Source: Chiloscyllium plagiosum
Lineage: Eukaryota
Assembly: GCF_004010195.1 (NCBI RefSeq)
Contig: NC_057719.1
Span: forward strand, 86,268,056 to 86,322,548
DNA: 54,493 nucleotides
Direction: 5' to 3'
Part shown: positions 26,919-39,884 of the stretch, piece after piece
Layout of the letters: every line of letters starts with the position of its first letter
How positions within the stretch are numbered: the first letter of the stretch is position 1
Notes under the pieces: model-generated
Databases searched by the model: none
What the model saw: the letters and a program-made list of their open reading frames with translations, nothing else
What the model was told of the DNA's origin: nothing
Translations under genes and position numbers: made by a program

Positions 26919-27700
26919 TGTAGCCACTCAAATGATGGATTTATGAAAAATGGACAATAAATGAGGCATGCTGCGAAACTGAGACAAGCCTTGACCAAAG
27001 TGACTAAGCTAATCAACATACTGCAGAATCCAGACTGGCTGGAGCTACAGAGTTTATAATTAACCCAGCAGCTGCAAACAATACAATGTGTGCTTGAATT
27101 TGTACTAAATAGAATCAACCTGAATGCCATCCCCAGGACAATTGGAACCTTGAGTTGTTTACCAGACACAGGGGCGCCTCACATCCTTATTCGGAGAGAG
27201 CTACCTGACCTATGTGCACCCAACACCTCCAGGAATGGATGCCCATGGACCATTCTGCCATCGACATGTCAACGTCTGATTGGGACCAATTGGTCAAGAT
27301 GATCTAGTCCCAATCGATCTCTTGGAGGACACCAAAGACCCTCCCAAAAGGGTTGCAACAACTACTAAGTATAAAAATAGCCGCAACGCCACCTTCAGGA
27401 GCAGTAACTTGAGACCGACAACTGTGAAGAGAAGACAGTCCTGGCACCACCGGGAGAAGACGACCAGATGTTCATTGCCATGTAGATCAAGGTCAACATC
27501 TAGTGTGGTGGTATATGATCATCGAGGGTTAAGTTAAAGCACAAGATAGTTGACGAGATTTATAGTGTAAATTGTTAGTTTATAGTGTATTTTGTTGTTA
27601 TAGTATTAACTGTGTTAAATAATTGTTTATTATTAAGAGTTGACTTGCAGTTTCTTTGCTAGATATAGGAGTTAAAACATACTGTGTGGCAGGCGCAACA
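26919..27700 (+). mobile_element. 5' LTR (about 780 bp) of an ERV-like/LTR retroelement
   Basis: Starts TGTAG exactly where a CR1 fragment breaks and ends AACA. TATAAAA at 27370. A PBS follows 3 nt later. Confidence 0.75.
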
Positions 27701-27703
27701 AAT

Positions 27704-27721
27704 TGGCACCCCAGATAGGAC
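27704..27721 (+). promoter_or_regulatory. Primer binding site, tRNA-Arg(CCT)
   Basis: TGGCACCCCAGATAGGAC is 17/18 identical to the complement of the vertebrate tRNA-Arg-CCT 3' end (TGGCACCCCAGATGGGAC, recalled sequence). Confidence 0.8.
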
Positions 27722-28039
27722 CTCGATAAGAAGTCGAGGTCTGTGGAACATAATATTCCTTGAGATTTTGCCTGAGCTGGTTGTTAAGAGGACTGCTGCC
27801 CCACGAGAAGGCTAGGGATTCAAGTAAATCAAAGGGAATAGAAAGGTCTAAACTTAACTGTTCTTTGAAAGATAAAGCCAACAGGCAAATGACTGTTTCC
27901 TTTGTGTGTGGGATCCTTAGTCGAATAGGTAAGGTAAAACACCAAAAGTCGGCAGAGACCTGGTGGGATTAGGACCGGAACATAGTGAAAGCCGTACCCT
28001 CAGTCTGATCCACCCCCTATACCCTTTAGTTAATTGAGA

Positions 28040-28291
28040 ATGGCAGAGAAAGGCGCCAGAGTAGAAGATTGTCCCATATGGGAAAAGAAGCTAAGGCAAT
28101 TCATTACTAAGAAAAAGTGGCCTATATGGGCAGAATTTTGTTGTAGTGAAGAAAAGGGATAAGGATCCCTCAGACAAAAATATTGGGATGATTTTAGGAA
28201 AATATATGGGAAGCTGGCTATCAAAGTTGAAAAGGTCGCAGCAATGATGTGCTGTTTGGGACGGAGCAGGAATTCATCACTGTATCATTGC
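28040..28291 (+). pseudogene. gag-like N-terminus of the LTR element (MAEKGARVEDCPIWEKKLRQFITKKKWPIWAEFCC...), one internal stop
   Basis: ATG about 320 nt after the PBS, coding-like purine-rich frame, cut off by the L1 tail at about 28292. Confidence 0.55.
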
Positions 28292-29616
28292 TTCTTTTTG
28301 ATTTTTATTGATTTTTCTTCAAAAAATGACAGTAGAACAAGGTGTAATCAGAAGCAATAAACAACAGTAAACAAAACCCCAACCACCCTCCCCATGGTAT
28401 ATACTTCCCCCAAATTACAAAAAAGATAAAAAATGACAAACAACCCTAATAAATAAACATATGCAAAGCACAAAAACAATAATAAATTCGACCAGCAGTA
28501 GGATGACTGCATTAGCAAAAGAAAAAAAAAAGAAAAAAATTGCCACAATAGAAGATACCTCAGTCTGGAACAGTTAAAAAGACAACACCCTTAACATATG
28601 AAAGGAAAGGGTTCCAGATTTTTATAAAAGGAGCCAGATATGGATAATCTTTTCTAATTTAAGGAAGTATAGCACAACTCTAATGCAGTGTGTATGAGTA
28701 GGCAGAATTAGGGATTTCCATTTTAACAATATCAATCTTCTGGCCAATAGGCTAGTGAATGCTATCATGTATTTTGCAGAGGAAGAAAGATTAGGCAAAG
28801 ACGGTGACACCCCAAACAAAGTGACAATAGCATTAGGAGTAAGATTTTCGCCAGATACCTTAGCTAAGGTGTCAAAGATATCAGTCTGGTATCTACTTAA
28901 AGAAGGGCAAAACCAGAACCAGAGCATATACTTTGCTGGTGTTTGTTGACACCGATCACAGGACGGACACACCTCCTCAAATATTTTTGCAAGTCGAGCT
29001 TTGGTGTAGTGGGCAGAGTGTAGAATCTTGCATTGAATAATACTGTGCACCCTTTGTAAAATCTCATCCCACACATTACCTGGAATTACCTCTTCCAGAT
29101 TTGCCCCCCAGACAGCTTTAACAGAATCAAGAGAATCTGAGCATACTTTATGAATGTTTGATAAATAGCTGAAAGAGCCCCCTTTAATGAAGAAAGCGAA
29201 TCTAGAAAGATGAAAAAAATCAGATTCATGAGAAAGGGTGGGAAAAACATGAACTACGGACAAAACTGTGAACTTGGAGTGGCTTTTAGGAACTGAATAC
29301 CTATCAACTAATTGTTGAAAAGATGCAAAAATGCCACCAATATTTTTCACAGTTTTTATTCCTGACTTAGCCCAACCAGAAAAGGAACTGTCCACTAAAG
29401 ATGGAGGAAAAATATTGTTTGCCGCCAACGGTGCCTTAGTAGAAAATGACTGAAAGCCAAAGTGTCAGTTAAATCGAAACCAAGTTTTAAGACAGGATAA
29501 AACAATTACATTGCTTGTGTAAATAGAGATTGAAGAAAGGAGAGGTGAATGCAATAAAGCCTACTATGTTACAGTATGGGTGGAATTTGCCTCAATAGTC
29601 AACCAACAGTCCACCG

Positions 29617-29929
29617 TGGGGCGGCACTGTGGCTCAGTGGTTAGCATTGCTGCCTCACAGCACTAGGGTCCCAGGTTTGATTCCAGCCTTGGGCGACTCT
29701 CTGTGTGGAGTTTGCACATTCTCCCCGTGTCTGCGTTGTTTTCCTCCCACAGTCCAAAGGTGTGCAGGTTAGGTGAATTGGCCATGCTAAGTTGCCTGTA
29801 GTGTTAGGTGCATTAGTCAGAGGTAAATGTAGGGAAATGGGTCTGGGTGGGTTGCTCTTCAGAGGGTCGGTGTGGGCTTGTTGTGCCAAAGGGCCTGTTT
29901 CCACACTGTAGGGAATCTAATCTAATCTA
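29617..29929 (+). mobile_element. Full-length HE1-like SINE inserted in L1 ORF2
   Basis: A box TGGCTCAGTGG, B box GGTTTGATTCC, (CTAAT)n tail. Confidence 0.88.
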
Positions 29930-31199
29930 TCAAATTCGGAGAGCATCAAGGTTCTCATATTGGAGCCAAAAGTTCAAATTTCTAATGTTTGCTGCCCAAT
30001 AATAAAACAAAATATTCAGCAGCTTCATTCCACCAAGTATCTTAGGCCTCTGTAACAACTGTTTTCATAACCTAGGAGTTTTTTTTATCTCAAATAAATT
30101 CAAGAATGAGACTATCAACTTTATGGAAAAAGAAAAGAGGGAGTAAAGTTGGTATTGAAATAAATAAGAAAATTGTGGAAAAATATTCATTTTAATGGAA
30201 TTAATTCTAGCAGCAACAGACAAATTAAGGGGACACCATCGTTTGAAGTCTAGTTTAATTTGTACCAGTAATGGTTCAAACCTTTTCCTGTACAAATTGC
30301 CTAGTGTATCTGTCATGTATACACCAAGATAAATAAAACTAGAATTGGCAATTTTAAATGGTAAGTTATCTAGTGGGCATTCCCTGGCAGGCTTATTGAT
30401 AGCAAATATCTCACTTTTGCTAAACATCAATTTATACAGAAATCTTCCTGAAAGATTCTAAAACTGAAAGTCCAGTGGGAATGGAGAGAGGTAAGTTTGA
30501 GACAAATAGCAAAAGGTCATCTTCATCAAGGGCAACCTTGAACTCCACACCATTTCTAATGATGCCAGAGAAATCAGGATGAGTCCATAGAGCAACAGAC
30601 AAAGGTTCAAGTACAATGGCAAACAGCAGTGGACTCAAAAGGACAAACTTGTCTTGTGGAACGATAAATGTAGAAGTAACTAGAACTCACGTTATTGGTC
30701 CTGACAGAGGCCTGCTGCGGTGATGTATAGAGTAGTTAGGTCCAAGAAATAATATTTTCCCTAAAGCCTCAAGTTCTATTGTTGTGATTGGTTGTTCCAA
30801 TTCCTTTGCCACATTTTGATCAAGAGTAGGAACGTTAATCTTATCAAAATCTGCTGTAGCAGAAGAACATTCAGATGAATAAACTGAAATGTAAAATTCC
30901 TTAAAAGTCTTGTGGATTTCTAATGGGTCTGACATGACACCTGAATTAGCATTAATGTGTGGGATTAATTGAGATAAGGACATCTGGCGCAAGTGATGTG
31001 CCAACAATGTTCCATCTCCTTGTTCATAAAATTTAGACCTAGAATGAAGTAAAAGCTTAGTGGTGTATTGGGACATTATAACATGGCCTGTATGGATATG
31101 CATTCTTTATATACTTCTGAAGACGTAGAGCTTGCATAAAGGGAGTCTAATTGAGACAGATGTTGTGCTAATCATGTCAATTTTTCTTTTGTGATTTGG

Positions 31200-31632
31200 A
31201 GGTGCTTGTGTTGGACTGGGGTGTACCAAGTTAAAAATCACACAGTACTAGGTTATAGTCCAACAGGTTAATTTGGAAGCACTAACTTTCAGAGTGCTGC
31301 TCCTTCATCAGGTGGTTGTAGAGTATAAGATTGTAGGACACAGAATTTATCGCAAAAGTGTGATGTAACTGAAATTATAAATTGTTTGTTAGGTCTCTCA
31401 TCGTTTAGAATGGGCACGTTGGTTTCAGTTCTTTCATATGCAAATTCCAGAACTTTCTTAAAGTTACATTCTTAAGTGAACTTTAACAATACGTGCCATG
31501 TTGGCCCAGATAATGCACTGAAGATGTGAGGTGCCCTGTGTGAAGCTGTCTGTGCCCCAATGTTCAGACTGATTCTAATCTAAAAAGGGATTTACAGAAT
31601 CCTACGTGGATTCATGCAGTTTTTGAGCAAAC
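31200..31632 (-). mobile_element. Penelope-type pLTR fragment (third family) inserted in the L1. A related copy lies at about 40608-40850
   Basis: aaaaatcacac..ggttatagtccaacagg terminus. CTGATGA-AGGAG..CTCT-GAAAG hammerhead-like core on the minus strand at about 31283-31311. Confidence 0.65.
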
Positions 31633-33379
31633 TTGCAGAAATAGATACTTGCAGAAATGTTTGCAAGAAATATATTTGCTGCATAAGAAATTATTTCACC
31701 CGGACGAAATTATTTCAGGGTTTCCCACAGCAAGGAAGCTGTAATGTCTGGGATTTTGTTAATTATTTTTAAAAAATCTATCCCTTGAGAGACAAAATTA
31801 ACAAAATCTTCCTCTAAGAGTGGGTGTTGAGATGCCAAGGTGGGCATGTATGAAGAAACTTCTGAAAGCGAACGTTCAAAGAGACAGATGCATGGTCTGA
31901 TAAAACAATTGAATCATATTTGCAATCAGAAATGAACATGAGCAGTCTGTCATCCACCAAAAAGAAATCAATACATGTAAAAGTGTAGTAGACACGCAAA
32001 AAAAAAATTCCTTTTCAGAGGGATTAAAGAACTGCTGGGGATCCACAACATTAAACTCCTTCAAAAAAGTCTTAATTTGGACTGGGCACTTGGAACAGAT
32101 GAAGAATGGTCTAAGTGAGGATTCAGCCAACAATTAAAATCTCCTCCCAAGATTAACTGGTGTGAAGATAAATCTGGTAACACTGAAAGGAACTGTCTGA
32201 AAAAAAGCTTCATTGGCCCAGTTGAGAGCATAAACATTAGCCAAGATTACATCAATGTTAAAATCTCTGTCCAGTAATAATAATAAATCCGCCATTAGAA
32301 TCAGAGATAGTTTTAGCATGGATGAAAACAATCTATTTTTGTAAAAGATTGGAAATCCTCTAGATCTGCTTGAAAAGGAGGAAAAATACACTCATCCAAT
32401 CCAACCACGTATCAACTTGGGACTCTCTATACTTTTCAATTGGTTTGTTGTAAAGAAATTATAAGGGCATTATGATAGCATGAATAATGTAAAACCTATT
32501 GCATTTAATCAGGTTATTCAGGCCTTTGCAATTCAGACTACTAAATTTAATGTCTCCGCCTACCAAAGGTGATGAAACATTAAACGGTGTCATATGTAAT
32601 AATCACCCATAAAATCCCAAATATGCAATAAGTGATAAAGAGACATAAACCTTGTAAAAGTGAGGTATGTGCCATCCTCCCTCCCTATTCCCATCATAAC
32701 AAAACGAACTCCACCACCTCCCATAGCAGCATTGCGCCCACCCACCAACCTCTCCCCCCTCCCAGCAGAAACACCCTCTAGATTGGTGCGTGCTCTCTTG
32801 CTCCATAGTAAAAAAAGAACCTGTCATCTTTTGTAGCTCACATGAGCTACATGGCGGCTTCAGGGAATGTAAAAGTTAACTGTACCAAAACTACAAAGCA
32901 AAAATGACTAAAAATGTAAATGTATTAAAAATACATACTATATACAGTTAAACAATTACATTCTACATTCTTTGGTACCAACAGATCAACCTTTCGACAA
33001 AATAAATTCGTGAGTAAGAAAACATGTACTTCTTGATGAATGAAGTCAAATATAAGAAGAATACCAATTCCAAGTCCGTAAATACAGCATACCAATCATC
33101 TTCATCTCCACAGTGGGAAGTGTAGTCTTTGTCCGTGGTAGCATAAAGCTAATGTCTAATCGGCCTAGTTAAGCCCAACCATCATTCTGGCTCTGGAACC
33201 GCAATCTTTTGAAGGTTTTTATTCACAAAGTCCATAGCCTGACCTGGGTCATCAAACCTATGAGCTTGGCTGCTGGGCAAAATAATATGTAATATTGTAG
33301 GATAACGAAGGCCAAATTTAGCGTTTGGTCATGAATGTAGTTTCTTCTTTACCTTGGCAAAAGCCACATACTCAGGGTC

Positions 33380-33593
33380 AAGAGTAGATTGGTGCTGGAA
33401 AAGCAAAGCAGGTCAGGCAGCATCCGAGGAGCAGGGAAATTGACGTTTCAGGAATGATGAAGGGCTGGTGAAGGGCTTTTGCCCGAAACGTCGATTTTCC
33501 TGCTCCTCAGATGCTGCCTGACCTGCTGTGTTTTTCCAGCACCACTCTAATCTTGACTCTGATCTCCAGCATCTGCAGTCCTCACTTTCACCT
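33380..33593. mobile_element. Fold-back Penelope pLTR mini-element inside L1 ORF1
   Basis: tggtgctggaaaagc...gcagcatccgaggagcagg and its reverse complement. Same family as 5400-5539. Confidence 0.8.
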
Positions 33594-34507
33594 AATAGTA
33601 ACATACTGCTTAGCCACAGTCGGGGTTAAATCCAGAAAAATGTATACTATTCTTCCATACAAAGGGAGAATCACCTTCAGCATGGCGTAGAATCTGGTTT
33701 CTCACTTGAAACTGGTTGATGACCATTGGCAAGATAACTTGCTTTCTTTCAGTATAGTATGCAGAGTGCGATGAGCCCTGTCCAACACGGGTTTAGCCTC
33801 AAGTCTGAGCAAGTCGTGTAATGGCTGGGCCATAAATTGTGTGGGGCGAGGACTCTCCACTTGGAGCGGGCCTCCAAGTCTTCACATTTCTTTGTCAGAG
33901 ACTCAATCATAGCAGATAACACATTAACATTCTCTTGGAGGTTAGCTGTCTGGGTATCATGCTTATCAGGTCCAAAATAGTCCCGCCTTGTGAAGAAACG
34001 TTTTCCTCCAGCGGCTTCAGTGCAGTTGTCAACTCCTTTTTAACCGTTTCTGAAATTATGGATTCAAACTTGGTAATGATTTCAGCCCACATATCGTCCA
34101 TCATGTCCTTAATGCTACGTAATACGGCTTTATTAGTATCCGGCTTCTCCAGAGAATCAGGCTTAGGCAAATGGTGCAGCCTAGCACAACTGGACTTGGC
34201 TGACTCAATTTTTGTTCAACAAGTCACCATTTGAAAGGATACAGGTAAAAATGGGTCGTGTTTAGAAAAAATAGCCAAACAGAGTAAAAAGGGCGTGTAA
34301 CGACCAAATTTAGGAAACCAAAATATATAAATTTACTACATTCCCGAGGAGCGACCCCAAACTACATCCTACCTCATCCATATTGCCTGACATAAGGTCT
34401 TGGTGGAAATCCCATTTCCTGTAATTTCCACTTTCTGAGTGGAGCTTGGAGGAGCTCCTCCCTCTCCCAGAGATATCCGCTGACTTGCCGGAAGATGTTT
34501 TTCCTGC

Positions 34508-35005
34508 TGTAGTGTACAAAATCCCATGCAAGGACTGCACAAAACACTACATAGGACAAACAGGAAGACAGCTAACGATCTGTGTCCATGAACACCAACT
34601 AGCCACGAAACGACACGACCAGCTATCCTAGTAGCCACACATGCAGATGACAGGCAACATGAGTTCGACTGGGACAACACTACTATTATAGGACAAGCCA
34701 AACAGAAAACAGCCAGAGAATTCCTAGCGGCATGGCACTCATCCACAGATTCTATCAACAAGCACATCGACCTGGACCCAGTATACCGGCCACTGCAGCG
34801 GACAGCTGGAACTGACAACCGGAAGCGGCAGAGACAAACCACTATAAATGCTGGAGGAACATCACAGAAGCGCTTCACAGGAGGCTCCCAAGCACTGAGG
34901 ATGTCACCTAGACAGGGGACGAAACGTCTGCAACACAAATTCCAGCTCGACGAACAGAACCACAACAACGAGCACCCGAGCTACAAATCTTCTCACAAAC
35001 TTTGA
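34508..35005 (+). mobile_element. Penelope-like element 3' fragment (GIY-YIG endonuclease plus pseudo-LTR)
   Basis: VVYKIPCKDCTKHYIGQTGR..EHQ GIY-YIG motif. Hammerhead core at 34895-34928. Confidence 0.9.
34892..34931 (+). ncRNA. Minimal type I hammerhead ribozyme motif
   Basis: GCA-CTGAGGA-T-GTCACCT-AGAC-AGGGGAC-GAAA-CGTC-TGC. Stem I GCA/TGC, stem II, GUC cleavage triplet. Confidence 0.72.
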
Positions 35006-35864
35006 ATCATAGTAATAGAAGTACGAGTAGGTCGTTTGGTCCGTTGAGCCTGCTCACCATTCATTAAGATCATAGCTGTCTACCATCTCAGCTCCTCCTA
35101 ACTGCATTATCACCATAACCCTTAATTCTTCTACCATGCAAAAACCCATCTAACTTGAGTATATTGTGTCTTGTATCTTGAATATATTTACTGATGCTAC
35201 TTCTACTGCTTCCTTGGGCAGAGAATTCCATAGATTCACTATTGTCTGGGAAAAGCAGTTCCTCCTCATCTGTCCTAAATCTACTCCCCCTAATCTTGAG
35301 GCCATGTCTCCCTAGTCCTACTCACACCCAGCAGAGAAAACAACTTGCCTGCCTGAGTCTTATCTATCCCTTTCATAATTTTATATGTTTCCAGAAGATC
35401 CCCTCTCATTCTTCTAAATTTGAGCGTCCCAGACGGCTCAACCTCTCCTCATAGGGTAACCCCTTCATCTCTGGAATAAATGTGGTGAACCTCCTCTGCA
35501 CCACCTCCAAAGCCAGTATATCCTTCCTCAAATAAGGAGACCAGAACTGCTCACAATACTGCAGGTTCAGCCTCACCAACATCTTGTACAAAAGCGCAGC
35601 AGAACCTCCCTGTTCTTAAATTCAATCCCTCAGCAAGGAATATTCCATTTATCTTCCTGATTACCTGTTGCACCTGCAAATCAACTTTTAGCGATACATG
35701 TATGAGATTCCTAAGTCCCACACACAACAACACGCTGCAATCTTTCATCATTTAAATAGTACTCTGACCTATCATTTTTACTTCCAAAATAAATAACTTC
35801 ACATTTACCAACATTGCAATCCATCTGCCAGGCCCTTGTCCACTCACTTAACCTATCTAACTTA

Positions 35865-36060
35865 GATGGTTGGGTGATTGGCCATGCTAAATTGCCCATA
35901 GTGTTCAGGGACGTGTAGATTAGGTGTTTTAGTCAGGGGTAAATGTAGAGTAATAGGGAAGGGGAATGGGTCTGGGTGGGGTACTCTTCGGAGGGTCAGT
36001 GTGAACTTGTTGGGCCAAATGGTCTGTTTCCACACTGTAGGGATCCTATGACTCTAGGGA
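35865..36060 (+). mobile_element. 5'-truncated HE1-like SINE within a CR1
   Basis: attggccatgctaaattgccc...gtttccacactgtagggat segment. Confidence 0.75.
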
Positions 36061-36318
36061 TTCTATCATTCTAACTCTCTCTGCACACCCTCCACATCCT
36101 CTTGGACAGTTTGCCTTTCCACTCAATTTAATGTCATCAGCAAACTCAGTCTCCTTTTCCAAATCATTTATATGCATCATGAACAGTTGCCAGCCCAACA
36201 CCAACTCCTGCGGCACCCCGCTCACCAAAGATCTCCAACCAGAGAAACACCTGCTTAGCCCAACTCTCTGCTTTCTATTGGTTAACCAGTCGTCTATCCA
36301 TGCTAATTCACTGCAACT

Positions 36319-36527
36319 GGGAGAAAGTGAGGACTGCAGATGCTGGAGATCTGAGCTGAAAATGTGTTGCTGGAAAAGCGCAGCAGGTCAGGCAGCATCC
36401 AAGGAGCAGGAGAATCGATGTTTCGGGCATGAGCCCTTCTTCATTAAGGGTTCATACCCGAAATGTCGATTCTCCTGCTCCTTGGATGCTGCCTGAGCTG
36501 CTGCGCTTTTCCAGCAACATATTTTCA
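36319..36527. mobile_element. Fold-back Penelope pLTR mini-element
   Basis: Arms of about 90 bp in inverted orientation. 17 bp TSD GCTAATTCAYTGCAACT. Confidence 0.85.
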
Positions 36528-37239
36528 GCTAATTCATTGCAACTCCATGCATGCTTATCTTATGGATCAGTCTTTTATGCAGCACCTTATTGAACGCTTT
36601 CTGTAAATCCAAGTATACAACTTCCACCTGTTCCCCTCCATCCACCATGCTTGTTACATCCTCAAAGAACTCCAGTAAGATTGTCAAACATGACCTTCCC
36701 TTCCTGAATCCAAGCTGCATTCACATGTTGGAACCCTTTCCATCCCAATGTCTCACTATTTATGATAGCCTCCAGCATTTTCCTGACTACAAATGTTAAA
36801 TTAAGTGGCCTATAGTTACCTGCCTTTTGCCTACACCCTTTTTTAAACAGCAGCGTGACATTCGCTTTCTTCTAATCCACGGGGACTTGCCCAGGGTCCT
36901 ATGAATTTTGGTAAATTACCACTAGCGCACCTACTATAGTTTCCACCATTTCTTTCAGCACCTTGGGATCAGGACCAGAGGATTTATCTACTTTTAGACC
37001 CTCAAGTTTGCTCAACACCATCCCTTTAGTGATAATAACTGAACTGAGGTCCTCAACTCCCATCATATCCTTAACATCATTCTTTGACATGTTAGACACA
37101 TCTTCCACTGTGAAGACTGACACAAAATAGTTATTCAAGGCCTCGGCCGTTTCAGCATTACCCAATATTAATTCTCCTTTCTCATCCTGCAAGGGACCTA
37201 TGTCCACTTTAGCCACCCTTTTCCATTTTATATATTTAA

Positions 37240-39880
37240 ACAGAAAACAGTCTGTAAAGAATTAGAGGATGCAAAAAGGAAAATCACAGAGTTATAACTG
37301 AAAAACACAGCTGAGGACCAAAGAAATCGGGCAAACCTACTACACATGGGGGAATTCCAAACCGAGTGTGAGAGAGCATCCCAAGATACCCAGCGCACAG
37401 TGTCAGCTAAAGAGGTCACTGAGAAGGAAGTGAGTCAATTAAGAAATAAATGTGCAGATTCAGTAAAGGTAATGCACCAGGCAGATAGGGGGAAGAAACA
37501 GGCAACCTCAAACCACACTAGGTGCCTGCATGAGATTGAGAAATTAAAAGCCTAACTCTCAATCAACAATGCACATATGAGAAAGTCAAAGAGGGAAGGA
37601 TAGGAGATAGACTGGGATGAGCTCAGGAAAGATACGCAGCAATACGCCATGTACACGGAGGCTCGGGGTCAGCCCCCCACCCTTCCCAGAGAAGTCAACT
37701 CCTTCAGCACCCCTAGGGACATCCCCTGTCACAATGAACCCGATTACCACAGAAAGACGGACTGGGGGGAAAAAAAAACACACTGATGGCTCAGCGATAA
37801 CTTTCACCACCACATTTATGGTGGCACAATTAGCAGAAATTGCTAAAATGTTTCCAGATTTTGAGCCATGGCTGATCCATTTATATTCTTTGAAAGGGTC
37901 AGGCAACAAAAGTTTACATGGGTTGGATGAGAGAGAGGAAGAAAAACTCATTGTAATGTATCTGAGCCAATCATTGCAGTCTGCAGTTCCAGCCCCACTA
38001 AATGCAGGCGATGGAACCCTCAACGATATGGAAAAGGTGATCCTAACAGCAATTGGGTAGATGGGTTAAACAAGTGCAGACAAAAGAAAGGGGGACATTG
38101 ACTGCCTTTGCCAGTTGTTATTGGGTGCATTTTTCGAGGCTTAAATAGGGGTCAGTTATCTAAGGCTGACTCAGCTAAGTGGGCTAGGACTTACAGTATC
38201 CCAAGCCACCGAAGAGAGCAGGAAGGCATATATGAATTTCGATCCTGCAGAGCTAAGCCACTATGTGGCATGGGTGCTGAGAAGAATGTCCCAGGTGTGG
38301 GAGAATGAAGTCCATGAACTAAACAAGAGTAGAACAAAGAAAGAAGGGAAACTGCTTCCTTTCCGAATCTCCAACCAGGGTCCGGTGTGGAGGAATAGAA
38401 GGAAAAGGGGAACTCTTATCAAAGGAACCCAGTTCCATCTTACAAAGCGACAGGAAGAGACAGAGGGACACAGCAGGGGAACATAGGACAGTATGCGTGA
38501 GAATGTAGAGCTCATGTGCATTTCTAGGACAAATGTTCGGCACAACATCGTGGGCCGAAGGGCCTGTTCTGTGCTGTATTGTTCTATGTTCTATGCACTC
38601 ACAGCCACAGTGACCAGGGATGGAGGGAGTCACCAACCCCCAATTTGGCAGGAACCAGTCGATGTCGTGGACACTAACCAACTCATATTAAAAGCTTCTA
38701 GCACTCAACACAGCCACTCTCACCATCTTGATATATATATGATGGATGACACTACCCTAGAACAAATGACAAGACCAAGGTAAGCCCAGACACCAAGGAC
38801 AACCCCTAACACTACCTCTCAATCAGACTGAACCCCTGACGAAATTTATACTCTTCCATCACTACAACCAACTGCAACTTCAATGCCCAAGGGACACCCA
38901 GACAATCTAAGTGACATAATGGAGGACTCTTTAACAGATCAGAACGACTCACTAGTGACTGACAGCACAGACATGTTACACATTCCCAAGTCTAGACACG
39001 AGAGAATTCCCCAATAACTCCCTGATGGACAAAGCCATCGAAAGACCCCAACTCATTATAACCCGGACACCAGACATGGCTATGTGACAATACTAAAAGG
39101 CTAGTATAGACCAGAGAAAGCAGACTGAACTAGACTGTCGAATGGTAATGGCCAACATTCAGGGCATCACCACTTGAGGGAATGACAGGACACAGACATG
39201 GGAACCGGGAGCATACAATATTACTATGCCCCCAGAGACCAAGGATTAAGGACAGACTGATGGGTCTCTGTTGGCTGCCTATTTAACAAATGCACTAATT
39301 CATTAATCCAGATGATGAAACAGCTCCTGACAGCCACCCAAGGTGAGGTGCAACTGTTTCTGATGGTCCAAACTCACATGCATTTCACAAGTCTCTGTGG
39401 TCCCAGTGGGACTAACTCTTATTCTTGGATGTGCTGATGGGATTAACCAGGTTACAATTCTTTGGTTTCCCTAGCGTCGTTCATTGGATATAATCTCCAT
39501 ATCAGATTCTGCCCATGGTCATAACAGCCATTTCATCTTCACCTTCACATTTCCTTCATCTTCGTCTTCAAATTTCCTTCACAGGTCACAACCACCCACT
39601 TTGTCCTTACACTTAATTTGTTGGTCACGATGACCGCCTCATTTCAGTCTTTTCTGACCACTCCACAGTCAGAAACTGAGATTGGAGCCTACCAGGCCTC
39701 TAAAACCTGACTTAACATTCCACATTCCTATTCCTTTTAAAACAAAAAATGGGGTAGGGCTATGTTATATACATTAAATTAGTTCAAAACTATTCAGTAA
39801 TTAGAAAAAAGATAACAACAGAAACAACCTTGATCTCTACTCTATGACCACGCGGAACGTAATCAAGATATCGTTGGGAT
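37240..39880 (+). mobile_element. Continuation of the LTR element: coiled-coil plus capsid-like gag remnants (37240-38486) and an unassigned 3' region. No pol or 3' LTR recognised
   Basis: Frameshifted peptides KELEDAKRKITEL..., TEKEVSQLRNKC, PITTERR, PDFEP/ADPFIFFERVRQQ/LHGLDEREEEKLIV. Same strand and composition as 28040-28291. Small CR1 3' insert at about 38490-38596. Confidence 0.55.
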
Positions 39881-39884
39881 CATC

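Larger units (their letters stand above)
28292..34493 (-). mobile_element. Near full-length degraded L1-clade LINE (ORF1 and ORF2)
   Basis: ORF2 remnants SPLLFAIVLEPL, KVALDEDDLLLF (decayed YADD), ARINSIKMN and C-terminal CDRC. Endonuclease IDFFLV..SDHA. ORF1 coiled coil at 33907-34230. A-rich tail at 28292-28320 and 5' CTTCCGG at about 34493. Confidence 0.88.
35008..37240 (-). mobile_element. CR1 LINE (about 2.2 kb) interrupting the gag-like region
   Basis: AEALNNYFVSVFT, GFRKGRSCLT, YLDLQKAFNKV, FADDIK, YCEQFWSPYLRKD. Confidence 0.92.

Noticed and set aside
28622..29428. Longest ORF in the window (268 aa)
   Set aside because: C-terminal part of L1 ORF2, not a host gene.
29617..29690. tRNA gene
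   Set aside because: The A and B boxes belong to a SINE head. No full cloverleaf or terminator, and the sequence continues into the SINE body.
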